From Promethearchaeia archaeon (GTDB lineage: Archaea > Asgardarchaeota > Lokiarchaeia > Sigyniarchaeales > SOKP01), in contig JAHQWK010000004.1 in the NCBI GenBank assembly GCA_029856145.1, positions 32,001-96,000 of the forward strand: 64,000 nt of DNA. The letters run 5' to 3'. Positions 26,900 to 37,078 of the stretch are shown piece after piece. Position 1 is the stretch's first letter. The number at the start of each line of letters is the position of its first letter. A model generated the notes under the pieces. The model did no database searches. It saw nothing but the letters and a program-made list of their open reading frames with translations, and was not told where the DNA came from. A program made the position numbers and the translations under genes.

Positions 26900-29269
26900 T
26901 CATAATTTGATAGATCTTGCTATAACATTCCGAAAATTTTCTAGATCTGTTACAAGTTTATCAGCGTCTTCATCCGTAATTTTATCATCTTTTCCATATT
27001 TATTCAAGTTGGTTAACCAAAACTCCATTCTCCCAAGAATAGCTTCTTTATCTCCCATAATTTTTCTTACTCTAACAAAAGTATCATGCAACTTAGTTCT
27101 AATGTTTTGGGCTTTCCATCTTAACATACAATAGTCTGACATCTCTGCTAAATTCTGGGTTATAGCCATTATATCAATAGTTTTTTCACGTTCTTCGCTT
27201 TTAATCTTCCTTATTAAATTGATCTCTTCAAATAAGAGCTCTATAACCTTGGCTAAGAAGCCAGTCAACTGGCCGCTATGTGCCGCCCAGATCCTAACTT
27301 CTAATGATTGGTTTGCTTCAGATACATAAATACGCGTAATTATTCTTCCTCCCCCGACTTTCGCTTCTGAGCAATGCCAACTTTCTGCTTCATATTTTCC
27401 TTTAGCATCAGTACCTTCATGAGAAGTTACTGTGCTTACTTCAAAACGTTTTATTGTTCTTACTGCCGCTCTAAAACCCAAACGCGGATCTAAATCTGCA
27501 ATTAAAAATGCTCGAGCATCATTTGGAAGATCTGCAATAGATATTTGAATATCTTCTATGGTGGCTAAGCAGGATACCACTAATGGGCATTTAATTTGAA
27601 CAGCCTTTTTACGGATATGAACGGTCCTTTTTTCCCCTGATGCAGTTTTGTAGATAACATCACCCCCAATATTGGAGATTCCACATTCTTTTGGTTCTAA
27701 ATAAAAATCAACGCCCCTAGAATTATTTGCTTCAATAACGGGTATGTTAATGAGGGGATCTTTTGTTTTATAACTAGAAGGAACATCTAAAAGGACTTTT
27801 ACTGAATTGATTGCCATATTAGTTTGATTTCTCACAGCAATTTTAAAGTGTAATTGTCCACCAATAAAATCATAATCACGAACAACTTCGATTTTACCAC
27901 CATCTGAAGATTTATTAGCTGTTGGTTCAGCTTGTGTTTTAGCTTCCATGGGGACACTATACGCAACAAAGATTTTCTTTGCCATATCAATGTATCCATC
28001 GATATCTCCACGTGCTATAATTTGGGCCAAATTCTCTTCAATACTGGACTCAGTCACCCCCAATCTATTTGAAAGTTCTCTTAAAGGCATCGTTCTATAA
28101 GCTCTGGCGATTTCTCTTATTTTCTTCTCCATGCGTTTATTAGTCATAAATTCTCTTCTTTGAGTAAAAATACCTTTAATTTTACCTGTCTTAATTAACT
28201 CATGAAGGCTTTTTCTTGCTAATTCTACAGCAATTTTTAATTTTGAGGCGAGTTTTGAAAGCTCGAATAAGCCCGTTTCTTTTGAATATCTTTTAATTTC
28301 TTGATAAATTTGATTAGCAGTAATAATTTCGTTTCCACGATCTGCGAAAAATCCATTTACAGCTTTTGTTCTCATTAAATTAACGCAAAATGATTTAACA
28401 AGTTCTTGAGGGATATTAAAAATATTAGCAAGATCTTTTAGAGATACCCGACCTTTGCTCTTAATCTCTTTTATTAAATTATCTAATATGTGTTTTTGAG
28501 TATAATATATCTCTTTGTTTAATGAGAACGAACCTTTTATTTGGAACTGGTTAATTAATTTATAAATTACTTTTAGAGCAATTTCAGAACTCATATCAAG
28601 CATTACTCCTAGATCAGCCACATTAATTATACCTTCATCTTGAAATTTAGCTAATATATTTTCGCGCATCTCAGAAGATATATAGTAAAACATCTGGTTT
28701 TTTTGATCTATAATTCCATAGATTCGTTCTTCTTCAATATATTTATTAATAAATTTAATCATTTGCTCCGCAGAAATATTAAATGAATTCATTATTGTTG
28801 AAAAGTTAGTAATCGGAGCTATTTTTAATAAATCTAGAAAGCATTTAGGACAGACTTCTTTTCCAATAATATGACGTAATTTCTTACTGCATAAAATTAA
28901 TCTATTAGTTTTAATGAGATTATATCTTAATGCTTCTCTTGCAAGTTTTTCTTTTGAAGGAAAAAATAATCCCGGTGTCTTTAAATAAGAATTCCATGAT
29001 TCTGGGCAATTTCGATTAGTACATTCTAAATAATATTGTCCTGAGGATAATCTTTCTAATCTTAGAAGATGTTTACATACAGGACATTCACTATTTTCTA
29101 CAACTGTACATTTATAATTTCTTTCGATTGCTTTTACCTTAGAATAAATTAGATTATGTTTTCTACATTCGTGTATTTCAGTAGTAGCAATATGATTAAT
29201 ACAGAAGCTAGATTTACATTTCTCACACGTGAAATCGATTTTTTGACTTTCACAGAATAAACATTTCAT
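26900..29269 (-). CDS. Zn-finger plus tandem winged-helix (UFL1/DDRGK/PCI-like) plus Ig/platform-like protein
   Basis: N-terminal CxxC clusters; five WH repeats ending I.G.(I/F); C-terminal IEVVRDYDF..LHFKIAVRN beta-sandwich followed by an alpha/beta domain. Confidence 0.7.
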   Translation of the reverse strand: MKCLFCESQKIDFTCEKCKSSFCINHIATTEIHECRKHNLIYSKVKAIERNYKCTVVENSECPVCKHLLRLERLSSGQYYLECTNRNCPESWNSYLKTPGLFFPSKEKLAREALRYNLIKTNRLILCSKKLRHIIGKEVCPKCFLDLLKIAPITNFSTIMNSFNISAEQMIKFINKYIEEERIYGIIDQKNQMFYYISSEMRENILAKFQDEGIINVADLGVMLDMSSEIALKVIYKLINQFQIKGSFSLNKEIYYTQKHILDNLIKEIKSKGRVSLKDLANIFNIPQELVKSFCVNLMRTKAVNGFFADRGNEIITANQIYQEIKRYSKETGLFELSKLASKLKIAVELARKSLHELIKTGKIKGIFTQRREFMTNKRMEKKIREIARAYRTMPLRELSNRLGVTESSIEENLAQIIARGDIDGYIDMAKKIFVAYSVPMEAKTQAEPTANKSSDGGKIEVVRDYDFIGGQLHFKIAVRNQTNMAINSVKVLLDVPSSYKTKDPLINIPVIEANNSRGVDFYLEPKECGISNIGGDVIYKTASGEKRTVHIRKKAVQIKCPLVVSCLATIEDIQISIADLPNDARAFLIADLDPRLGFRAAVRTIKRFEVSTVTSHEGTDAKGKYEAESWHCSEAKVGGGRIITRIYVSEANQSLEVRIWAAHSGQLTGFLAKVIELLFEEINLIRKIKSEEREKTIDIMAITQNLAEMSDYCMLRWKAQNIRTKLHDTFVRVRKIMGDKEAILGRMEFWLTNLNKYGKDDKITDEDADKLVTDLENFRNVIARSIKL

Positions 29270-29423
29270 AGTTTGAGATCAAATTTTAATTTATGAATCT
29301 ATATTATATTAAAAAAAATTCACGCTTAATATTTTTTATATAGCCCAAATTTTATTGTTTCAATAACAATTGAATATTCCTTGGATTTTTAAATTTTGTA
29401 TTAAATTAAATAAGATAAATTAT

Positions 29424-30152
29424 CTAAAATGTTACTTCTGGAAAGACGGGTATTCCTAAAAATGAAAGTATTAAAACAATACAATTAAAAGCAATAATTA
29501 TTAATATCATCACTATTAAAATCCAATTCTTTTTAGTTTCCTTATATTTCATAATCTGAGACGTTCCATGTTTCGCTAATGCTAAGGGAAATAATCCAAC
29601 AAATGTACCAAGGGAAAAATAAAATACAGTAAAAATTCCATCGATAAAACCCAAAACACTCCCTAATGAATAAGTTAAGCATTGAGTATATATGATAAAT
29701 TCAAAGATACAAGGAGCAAACCCCGCCAATATTCCAAATAGATATGGAGTCTTTTTCTTTTCCCAATTAAACTGAAAAATCTCATCCGTTCTTTTTGAAT
29801 GTGGGGTATAACCTTTTCTGGTTATATAGAACAAAAAAATAATTCCAGCAAACATCGAAGTTAAAGCTCCAAAAAAGTTTATTGTAGTAGACTCTGGAAT
29901 AATATCCGGGATTAGTATTTGAGGAATAAGACTAATTATAACAGTTATAAATGCAATTATTAAATTTGAGGATATCAAACCTAATCCATATAAAACTAAT
30001 ATAAGAAGACTTTTTTTAGGTGTTTTTGATATACCAAAGGACCAAAAAAAGAATATTGCTTTATCTTCACACGGAATAAAAGTATGTAAAATTCCTAAAA
30101 GAAATGCAGGCGCAAAAATCAGTAATAATGGAGGTGGATAAAATACGAACAT
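29424..30152 (-). CDS. DsbD/UreH/NicO-like membrane protein
   Basis: LGILHTFIPC, GFAPC and FSLGT motifs; about 6 TM segments. Confidence 0.6.
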   Translation of the reverse strand: MFVFYPPPLLLIFAPAFLLGILHTFIPCEDKAIFFFWSFGISKTPKKSLLILVLYGLGLISSNLIIAFITVIISLIPQILIPDIIPESTTINFFGALTSMFAGIIFLFYITRKGYTPHSKRTDEIFQFNWEKKKTPYLFGILAGFAPCIFEFIIYTQCLTYSLGSVLGFIDGIFTVFYFSLGTFVGLFPLALAKHGTSQIMKYKETKKNWILIVMILIIIAFNCIVLILSFLGIPVFPEVTF

Positions 30153-30283
30153 ATTGCTTTTAAATTGCTATTTTGTCTAATATTTATTGGAATTTTCTTA
30201 TTCTTAATATATTCTTTATGATTATAATTAGAATTTCCTTTTTTAAATATTTTTCAAATCTTTAATAAATAAGATGAACTTTT

Positions 30284-31552
30284 TTAATAATTTGAATCTT
30301 CAGTTAAGCAAAATTTAGTTGATCCGTAAAGTATTATTAATAAAAAGATAGTACTTACGAGATTAAAAGGAAACCATTTTTGAGTAATAAACCAAATTCC
30401 CATAAATGCTAAGTCAAAAAAACTAAAAAAGAAAAAACTAGGTTTTACGTACTTTTTCGTTATTTTAGAATTTCGAGGCATATAGAATATTAGAATTATT
30501 AAAAGTGGTGTTAGAGCTAATAGATGATGAGTCCATGAGTCATAATATACAAGTAGCATAATTAAAATGCCAAAAAGATAAGCAAAAATGATGGAATTCT
30601 CAGTAATCCTTCGAAAAACATAAACAACAAAACTTAATCCCCCAATAATGAATGAAATAAGTAGAAACACTAGTAATGGGTTATGGGAGATATTAAAAAA
30701 GATAAAAAAGTTTAAAATTATCTTGGTTAAACTAAATGAATGATTTACGATAATTGTTTCGCTCCCTGTAAAATTAGTTGTTAAAAAACCGTCCCATAGG
30801 GATGGATAAAGTAGAAACAAGAAAAGATTTAATGATAAAGGTAATAACAATCCAATTATTCTGATGAGACTTTTTAGAACCTTAAATTCAAATTGTTTCT
30901 GTTTAAATCTTAACTTTAATACCAATAAGAAAGGAATCATAAAAATAGTAATTGGCTTTATAATTATACTAAATCCCAAAATGATGCTAGATATTAAATC
31001 CCATTTAAAACCTTCACGAGTTAAAAACAAAAAGAGGGATAATAAAATTAGAAGAGTTACATATAAATTTATTTGGCCCAAGATGTAATTAAAAAGGTTT
31101 GGTAAACCCATTAGAAATAAGCAAATATACATGACAATTCTCTTATCACCTTTTTCATGATCTTCTCTTCTTATATGAATTAGAATTTTATATAGAAGAT
31201 TACAAATTAAAACATTCAATAATAAATTGAATAAGTTAAATACAATAAAGCCTAACTCGAACCCTAATAAGTAAAAAGGAACAAAGAAAGCAGCTGAAAT
31301 TGGAAAATATCTAAATGGCCACATATCAATATAATTTAAAGGATTATATAATCCATTAATATCAGTCATAAAAAGTTCCCCTACTCTGTAATAAACCCGA
31401 AAATCATTTTGTTCTTTAAAAAATACAAGTGTTAAGATCATTGATAAGATAAAATAAAATCCATGAATAAGAACAGTAAGACGAAATATTCTATAATCCC
31501 ATAGACTCCTCCATCTCTTTTCTATCCTAACAAATAATAGTTTTAAATCCAT
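30284..31552 (-). CDS. GT-C membrane glycosyltransferase (GT87/DUF2029-like), copy A
   Basis: DFRVYY, FRYFP, GQIN, IIKP, WTHH; many TM segments. Confidence 0.8.
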   Translation of the reverse strand: MDLKLLFVRIEKRWRSLWDYRIFRLTVLIHGFYFILSMILTLVFFKEQNDFRVYYRVGELFMTDINGLYNPLNYIDMWPFRYFPISAAFFVPFYLLGFELGFIVFNLFNLLLNVLICNLLYKILIHIRREDHEKGDKRIVMYICLFLMGLPNLFNYILGQINLYVTLLILLSLFLFLTREGFKWDLISSIILGFSIIIKPITIFMIPFLLVLKLRFKQKQFEFKVLKSLIRIIGLLLPLSLNLFLFLLYPSLWDGFLTTNFTGSETIIVNHSFSLTKIILNFFIFFNISHNPLLVFLLISFIIGGLSFVVYVFRRITENSIIFAYLFGILIMLLVYYDSWTHHLLALTPLLIILIFYMPRNSKITKKYVKPSFFFFSFFDLAFMGIWFITQKWFPFNLVSTIFLLIILYGSTKFCLTEDSNY

Positions 31553-31559
31553 TCTTGAA

Positions 31560-32312
31560 TTACCTATGTTTCCATGATTGGCATGATATTTTTCTTCTTT
31601 TTTTAAAGATATATATTATTATACTTACAGATATAATTGATATTAATCCTATTAAAGTTGGAATTACATATATAGGTAAAAAATTAAGAGATATGTCTAT
31701 AATAACTACATATCCCGTAGTATAGAGTTTATAGGAGTTTAAAATCCCTTGATCATTATAAATAGCGATAATTTTTATCTTTTTTAGAGGAAATCCGAGT
31801 GATATAGCATCTTTTTCAATTTCTACATTTAGAGTAGGTAAAACTCTGTTATCCACATCATACCATTCATTTAATTCTAAATTTCCCATATATTCTCCTA
31901 CGGGAACCGGGAACCAAAATGGAACTAAAGATGTATACTCTGTAAAATTCGATTCTTTAGAATTGAAAAAGTGTGTTATTTCAGAATCATTATCTTTTAT
32001 TCCCCATATTTTCTCACTAGTCCAATCCCAAATACTAAAATTTATTCTAGATAATGATTGATTTACTTCAACACTATTAATTTTCCATTTCATTCTTTTT
32101 CCTATACTTAAATTTTTAAAAACTCCAGAATCTTTCCAGTCACTACCAAAAATTATATCCATTTCCATTTGATTACAAACATTACATTTCCATATTAGCT
32201 CTTGATCTTCATGAACTCCTACTCCATAATCGAGGGCATTTACAGTTGATGCTATATTACCTACTAATAAGAAAAATAATATAAAATTGAAAATATGTAT
32301 TTTCTTCCTCAA
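31560..32312 (-). CDS. Exported protein with a C-terminal membrane anchor
   Basis: N-terminal signal-like segment, C-terminal TM helix plus KKRRK; several N-x-S/T sequons. Confidence 0.7.
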   Translation of the reverse strand: MRKKIHIFNFILFFLLVGNIASTVNALDYGVGVHEDQELIWKCNVCNQMEMDIIFGSDWKDSGVFKNLSIGKRMKWKINSVEVNQSLSRINFSIWDWTSEKIWGIKDNDSEITHFFNSKESNFTEYTSLVPFWFPVPVGEYMGNLELNEWYDVDNRVLPTLNVEIEKDAISLGFPLKKIKIIAIYNDQGILNSYKLYTTGYVVIIDISLNFLPIYVIPTLIGLISIISVSIIIYIFKKRRKISCQSWKHR

Positions 32313-32316
32313 TTTC

Positions 32317-33570
32317 TTAAACTTCCTCCCTTTTTTTTTTTTTTTGCAAGCAATATTTACCTATCCCATAGAAAGCTAATATTAGAAAGAATGTACATCC
32401 AAAATTATATGGAAACAATGGATAAATTAAATACCAAACACCTACAAAAGCAAGATCGAAAAAGCTAAAGAAAAACAAACTCAGCTTAATAGGTTCTGTA
32501 ATTTTAGAGCGTCGTGGCAAATTAAACATAATTATTATTAAAATTGGTGTTAAATTGAGTAAATGATGATCCCACGAATCAAAATATGCAAGCAACATGA
32601 TAATGATACCAAAAGCATAACCATATATTATTGAATTTTTCTCAAATCTCCCAATTAAGAAGGTTATAAATCCTAATCCTCCAATAATAGCAATAACTCC
32701 TAAAAAAAGAATAAGTTGATTAAAAGGGATATTATAAAAATAACAGAAATTCGTTATTAGCTTAGTAATACTGAAAGAAAAATTTAAAGCAACTGGATTA
32801 CTTCCTGTAAAATTAGTGTCCAAAAAACCTTCCCATAAGGTTGGATATAAGAAGAAAAGAATAAAATTTAACAAAACAGGTATTAGCACTCCAATTATGC
32901 GTGTCAAACTTCTTAAAAACTCAATTTTAAACTTTTTTTTCACTAAATTGAAATTGATTATGATTAGAAAAGGTATTAAAAAAAAAGCTGTAGGTTTAAT
33001 GATGATGCTTATGCCTAAAATTAGACTGCCAATAAATTGCCATTTAAGGTTTTTATATTTAAGGAAAATGTAAAGAGATAAAACAATAAAAAATGTAATA
33101 TATAAATTAATTTGACCATATATATAATTAAGTACATGGGGTAATCCCATTAAGTAAATACATAAATATAAAATAACTCTTTTATCATCTTTTTCATGAT
33201 CATCGTTTCTAACTAAGATTATAATTTTATAGAGATAATTACAAATCAAAATATTAAGGAATATGTTAAAAATATTGAAAATTATAAAAGCGGACTCAAA
33301 ATTCAAGATAGAAAATGGGATAAAAAATAAAGCCGATAATGGAAAATATCTAAAATCCCATAAATAATATGTTTGATTATAAAGATTTTCAATATCGTTT
33401 AGAAATATATCTCCAACTTTATAAAAAATGATAAAATCATTTTTGTCTCGATAAATTATGAAAAATAATACTATTGAAAGTATAAAATAGAAGAGATGTA
33501 GAATTAGAGCATACCTAAATATATTATGTTTCCATAGCTCTCTAGCCCTCTTGATAAATTTGAATTTCAT
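32317..33570 (-). CDS. GT-C membrane glycosyltransferase (GT87/DUF2029-like), copy B
   Basis: DFIIFY, FRYFP, GQIN, IIKP, WDHH; clear paralog of 30284-31552. Confidence 0.8.
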   Translation of the reverse strand: MKFKFIKRARELWKHNIFRYALILHLFYFILSIVLFFIIYRDKNDFIIFYKVGDIFLNDIENLYNQTYYLWDFRYFPLSALFFIPFSILNFESAFIIFNIFNIFLNILICNYLYKIIILVRNDDHEKDDKRVILYLCIYLMGLPHVLNYIYGQINLYITFFIVLSLYIFLKYKNLKWQFIGSLILGISIIIKPTAFFLIPFLIIINFNLVKKKFKIEFLRSLTRIIGVLIPVLLNFILFFLYPTLWEGFLDTNFTGSNPVALNFSFSITKLITNFCYFYNIPFNQLILFLGVIAIIGGLGFITFLIGRFEKNSIIYGYAFGIIIMLLAYFDSWDHHLLNLTPILIIIMFNLPRRSKITEPIKLSLFFFSFFDLAFVGVWYLIYPLFPYNFGCTFFLILAFYGIGKYCLQKKKKREEV

Positions 33571-33662
33571 TGAATATTTAACAAATTTTTATTTTAGTTT
33601 TAAATTCTTAAATTAAATTACTAAAATTAAATTTTTTAATATTTATTATCAAGGTAAATAGA

Positions 33663-35099
33663 ATGTTAATTCTCACCAACAAATTTGAAAGAGTGACATA
33701 TGGAGTAATAATTGGTAACCGAGATGTTTTTCCAGATAACCTTGCCAAAGAAGGAAGACTTGAAACTATTGAAGTTTTAAATGAATTGGGATACGACTAC
33801 GTTATTTTGAATGAAGAAGATTCTAAATTTGGGGTCGTAGAAACTTACCAAGACGCAAAAAAATGTGCGGATTTATTTAAAAATAACAAAGATAAGATTT
33901 TTGGCATATTAGTGATTCTACCAAATTTTGGAGATGAGAAAGGGATTGCTAATACAATAAAGCTATCAGATCTTAATGTTCCTGTTTTAGTTTATGCTTC
34001 TGCAGACGAAATCGATAAGATGGATAGAAAACATCGAAGAGATGCATTTTGTGGAAAAATATCTGTCACTAGTGTATTATACCAGCATGGAATTCCTTTT
34101 ACATTAACCAAATACCATACATGCCCAATAAAATCTGATGCTTTTAAAGAAGATCTAAAGAGATTTGAAAAAATATGCAGAATAGTAAAAAAACTTAGAG
34201 GTGCTCGATTAGGACAAATAGGAACGAGACCCAATGCTTTTGAAACCGTTAGGTATAGTGAAAAAATATTAGAATTTAATGGGATAAGTATTGAACCAAT
34301 AGATCTATCCGAAATTCTTGGAGATATAGATCAATTAAAGACTGATGATCCGCAAGTAATAGAAAAAATTGAATTCATAAAGAATTATACATCTACTAAA
34401 GTAATTCCTGAAGATAGCTTAATTAAACTAGCAAAATTAGCAGTTGTAATTAAAAATTGGATAATAGAAAATGACTTAGATGGATTTGCTTTTCAATGTT
34501 GGCCTAGTATTCAAGATAATTTTGGAATCGTACCATGTGCAGTAATGAGTATGTTCAGCGAAGGCCTTGTTCCTGCTGCTTGTGAAGTTGATATTTCTGG
34601 TTTAATAGGAATGCTAATATTGCAAATCGCTTCTGGGAGTCCTTCAGCGATACTTGATTGGAACAATAATTATGGTGATAATCCTAACAAAATGGTTTTA
34701 TTTCATTGTAGTAATCTGCCTAAATCGTTCTTTCAAGACACTAAAATGACAATTCATCCAATAATTTCAGACCAAAAAGGTGGAGATGTAAGTTTTGGCG
34801 CAATTCAAGGCCGTATTAAAACTAAACCCTGTACTCTACTGAGAATTGAAACGGATGATCTTTTTGGAGAGATAAAAGCAATTTTAGCAGAAGGGAGTTA
34901 CACTAAAGATCCATTAGACACATTTGGGGGATATGGAGTAGTAAATATTCCTAATTTACCGGAATTGCTAAAAAAGCTATGTCTTGGTGGTTTTGCTCAT
35001 CATGTTGCAGCAACATTAAATCAAGTAGGGGATATTGTAGAAGAAGCATTAACTAAATATTTAGGTTATAACTTTGAATTTCATAATAAAGAAATTTAA
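33663..35099 (+). CDS. L-fucose/L-arabinose isomerase family protein
   Basis: NFGDE, RRDAFCGK, QCW, ACEVD, FHC, GFAHH. Confidence 0.85.
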   Translation: MLILTNKFERVTYGVIIGNRDVFPDNLAKEGRLETIEVLNELGYDYVILNEEDSKFGVVETYQDAKKCADLFKNNKDKIFGILVILPNFGDEKGIANTIKLSDLNVPVLVYASADEIDKMDRKHRRDAFCGKISVTSVLYQHGIPFTLTKYHTCPIKSDAFKEDLKRFEKICRIVKKLRGARLGQIGTRPNAFETVRYSEKILEFNGISIEPIDLSEILGDIDQLKTDDPQVIEKIEFIKNYTSTKVIPEDSLIKLAKLAVVIKNWIIENDLDGFAFQCWPSIQDNFGIVPCAVMSMFSEGLVPAACEVDISGLIGMLILQIASGSPSAILDWNNNYGDNPNKMVLFHCSNLPKSFFQDTKMTIHPIISDQKGGDVSFGAIQGRIKTKPCTLLRIETDDLFGEIKAILAEGSYTKDPLDTFGGYGVVNIPNLPELLKKLCLGGFAHHVAATLNQVGDIVEEALTKYLGYNFEFHNKEI

Positions 35100-35101
35100 A
35101 C

Positions 35102-36196
35102 TTATTTTTTTCTTTTTATTGAAATCTCTTTTTGAAAAAATCCCGATTCGATTATACCACTTTTATTTGTGTCAAGATTTGTAAGAATTTCATATGGATA
35201 AAATTTTTCTGCCGCATTTTGGTAATCTAATATCCTATTTCTAGTCAAATATATTGAATACTCTGAAATATCACATCCAATCCATCTCCTCCCCAATTTT
35301 TCAGCTACTACTAAAGATGTTCCAGAACCACAGAAAAAATCAGCAATTAAATCTCCTTCATTAGAACCTAATCTAATAATTCTATCAAGTAATTTATGAT
35401 GTTTTTGTGTAGGAAACCCTGTCCATTCTTTTGATGCGGGTTGCATACAGGGTATTTTCCAAACATCATCCATCTTTTTGTCATTAACGATTCTATATAT
35501 TGTATGTCCGTTCTCATCTTTCACATTTTTTAAAACACCATTCACCATCTCTCTCTTCAATTGTTTTTGAGGTTTTTTTCGGGGAATTCTTACTTGATTG
35601 AAAGTATAGTTATTAGATTTTGAGTACACTAAAATCGTATCATGAGCTCTTGGTAAATTTTTCTTTCCCGCAGAAAATTTGTTATAATAATACCAAATAA
35701 TATTATTAACAAACCTTTTTTCTCCGAAAATTTCATCCAAAATTAACCGAATATAGTGGTTTGCATGCCAATCTGAATGAATGAAAATTAAACCTGTTTT
35801 TGAGAGAATTTTATTAAATAGTATTATCCTATCGTATAACATTTGTAAATAGGAGCTCAAATCTCTATTCCAATGATCATAATATGCAATAGAATCATAA
35901 AATTTATCACTTTCTTTTATTTTGATTTGATAATTGGTACCAGAAAAGAAAGGTGGATCTATGTAAATTAAATCTATTTTTTCATCAAAATTATTTAATA
36001 AAAAAAGTAAAACTTCTAAATTATCACCCCAGAATAGTTTATTCATCCAAGGTTTAGAGTTATTTATAGTCTTTCTTTCTTTATTACTATTAATTGAATG
36101 AGACTCAAAAGAATTAAAAAAATCAGGAGGGAAATCTTTTAGATCTTCCAATTTAGAATAAATATCTTTTTTGTTTTTCCAGATTAATTTAACCAT
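35102..36196 (-). CDS. Orphan N4/N6 DNA methyltransferase (beta class)
   Basis: GDNL, IYIDPPF, FPTQK, DFFCGSGT. Confidence 0.9.
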   Translation of the reverse strand: MVKLIWKNKKDIYSKLEDLKDFPPDFFNSFESHSINSNKERKTINNSKPWMNKLFWGDNLEVLLFLLNNFDEKIDLIYIDPPFFSGTNYQIKIKESDKFYDSIAYYDHWNRDLSSYLQMLYDRIILFNKILSKTGLIFIHSDWHANHYIRLILDEIFGEKRFVNNIIWYYYNKFSAGKKNLPRAHDTILVYSKSNNYTFNQVRIPRKKPQKQLKREMVNGVLKNVKDENGHTIYRIVNDKKMDDVWKIPCMQPASKEWTGFPTQKHHKLLDRIIRLGSNEGDLIADFFCGSGTSLVVAEKLGRRWIGCDISEYSIYLTRNRILDYQNAAEKFYPYEILTNLDTNKSGIIESGFFQKEISIKRKK

Positions 36197-36218
36197 TCTA
36201 ATAATAAAAGAATTTAAT

Positions 36219-36920
36219 TTACTGAATTTCTTTGTTTTCTAAGAGACCGTCAAATTCTCTGTCACTCAGGAAACCCTTGGTAATCATAATATCTTTGATA
36301 CCTTCAATGAGTTGTGGTGCTCCTTTAGCTTCTGCTATTGCTTCTTCTAACGATACTATTTTTTGATTTAATGCTATAATTTCTTTTTCTTTATTTTCTT
36401 TTTCCTCTTTGAGACTTTCAGTTTCTACGTACGTATCTGAAATGGATTTTTGTAACTCACTTTTTAGACCTTCGATTTCATTTTCTTTTTGTTGAACATT
36501 TTCTCTGAGATCTTCATTCTCTTTTTTTAAATTGGCGATTGCATTATCAATTTTTGCAGATGATTCTTTTAATTTGTTTTCTAATTCAGTAACCATAGAG
36601 TTAGATTCAGATAATTTAGTTTCCAAATCTGATTTTGCTGTTCTTAGTTTATTTATCTCTGCATCAGCGTATAGCTTCTCCTCTTTTATTCTCTCAAAAT
36701 TCTTAGTTTTTTCTTTAAAATCTTCAAATTTCTTCTTAGATTCTGATAGATCTTCTTTAGTTGTCTTAAGCTTGGATGAAGTTTTTTCTAACTCCCTTTT
36801 ATTTTGAGTTAATTGTTTTTCTAAAGTATTAATCTTGGATCTGAGATCTAATAAAACCTTTCCCTCAACCGATAGCTTCTTTTCAGGTTTTGCTTCGGCC
36901 TTAACCCAATCGATTGAAAT
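36219..36920 (-). CDS. Coiled-coil protein (233 aa), probable ATT start; paralog of 37079-37807
   Basis: Frame stays open upstream of the listed TTG (36626) to a stop at 36945-36947; homology to the neighbour starts at ATT 36920; GGTGA SD 7 nt upstream; C-terminal KGFLSDRE. Confidence 0.8.
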   Translation of the reverse strand: MSIDWVKAEAKPEKKLSVEGKVLLDLRSKINTLEKQLTQNKRELEKTSSKLKTTKEDLSESKKKFEDFKEKTKNFERIKEEKLYADAEINKLRTAKSDLETKLSESNSMVTELENKLKESSAKIDNAIANLKKENEDLRENVQQKENEIEGLKSELQKSISDTYVETESLKEEKENKEKEIIALNQKIVSLEEAIAEAKGAPQLIEGIKDIMITKGFLSDREFDGLLENKEIQ

Positions 36921-37078
36921 TTTCCTTTCACCTTTTCTGTATTTTTATAAATTTAATTTTTTAACATATTTAATTTTATGTTGCTATATATTTATTTTCT
37001 TAAAGTTGATTATTTATAAACTTTACATTAAAGTATTTGTAAATATAAAAAACCAATAATATAAGTGAACTTAGTCTT

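Noticed and set aside
35102-36196. Restriction-modification system
   Set aside because: No adjacent endonuclease or specificity gene; treated as an orphan methyltransferase
36219-36626. 135-aa ORF as listed in the ORF track
   Set aside because: It is the 3' part of a longer gene; homology to the paralog extends to ATT 36920
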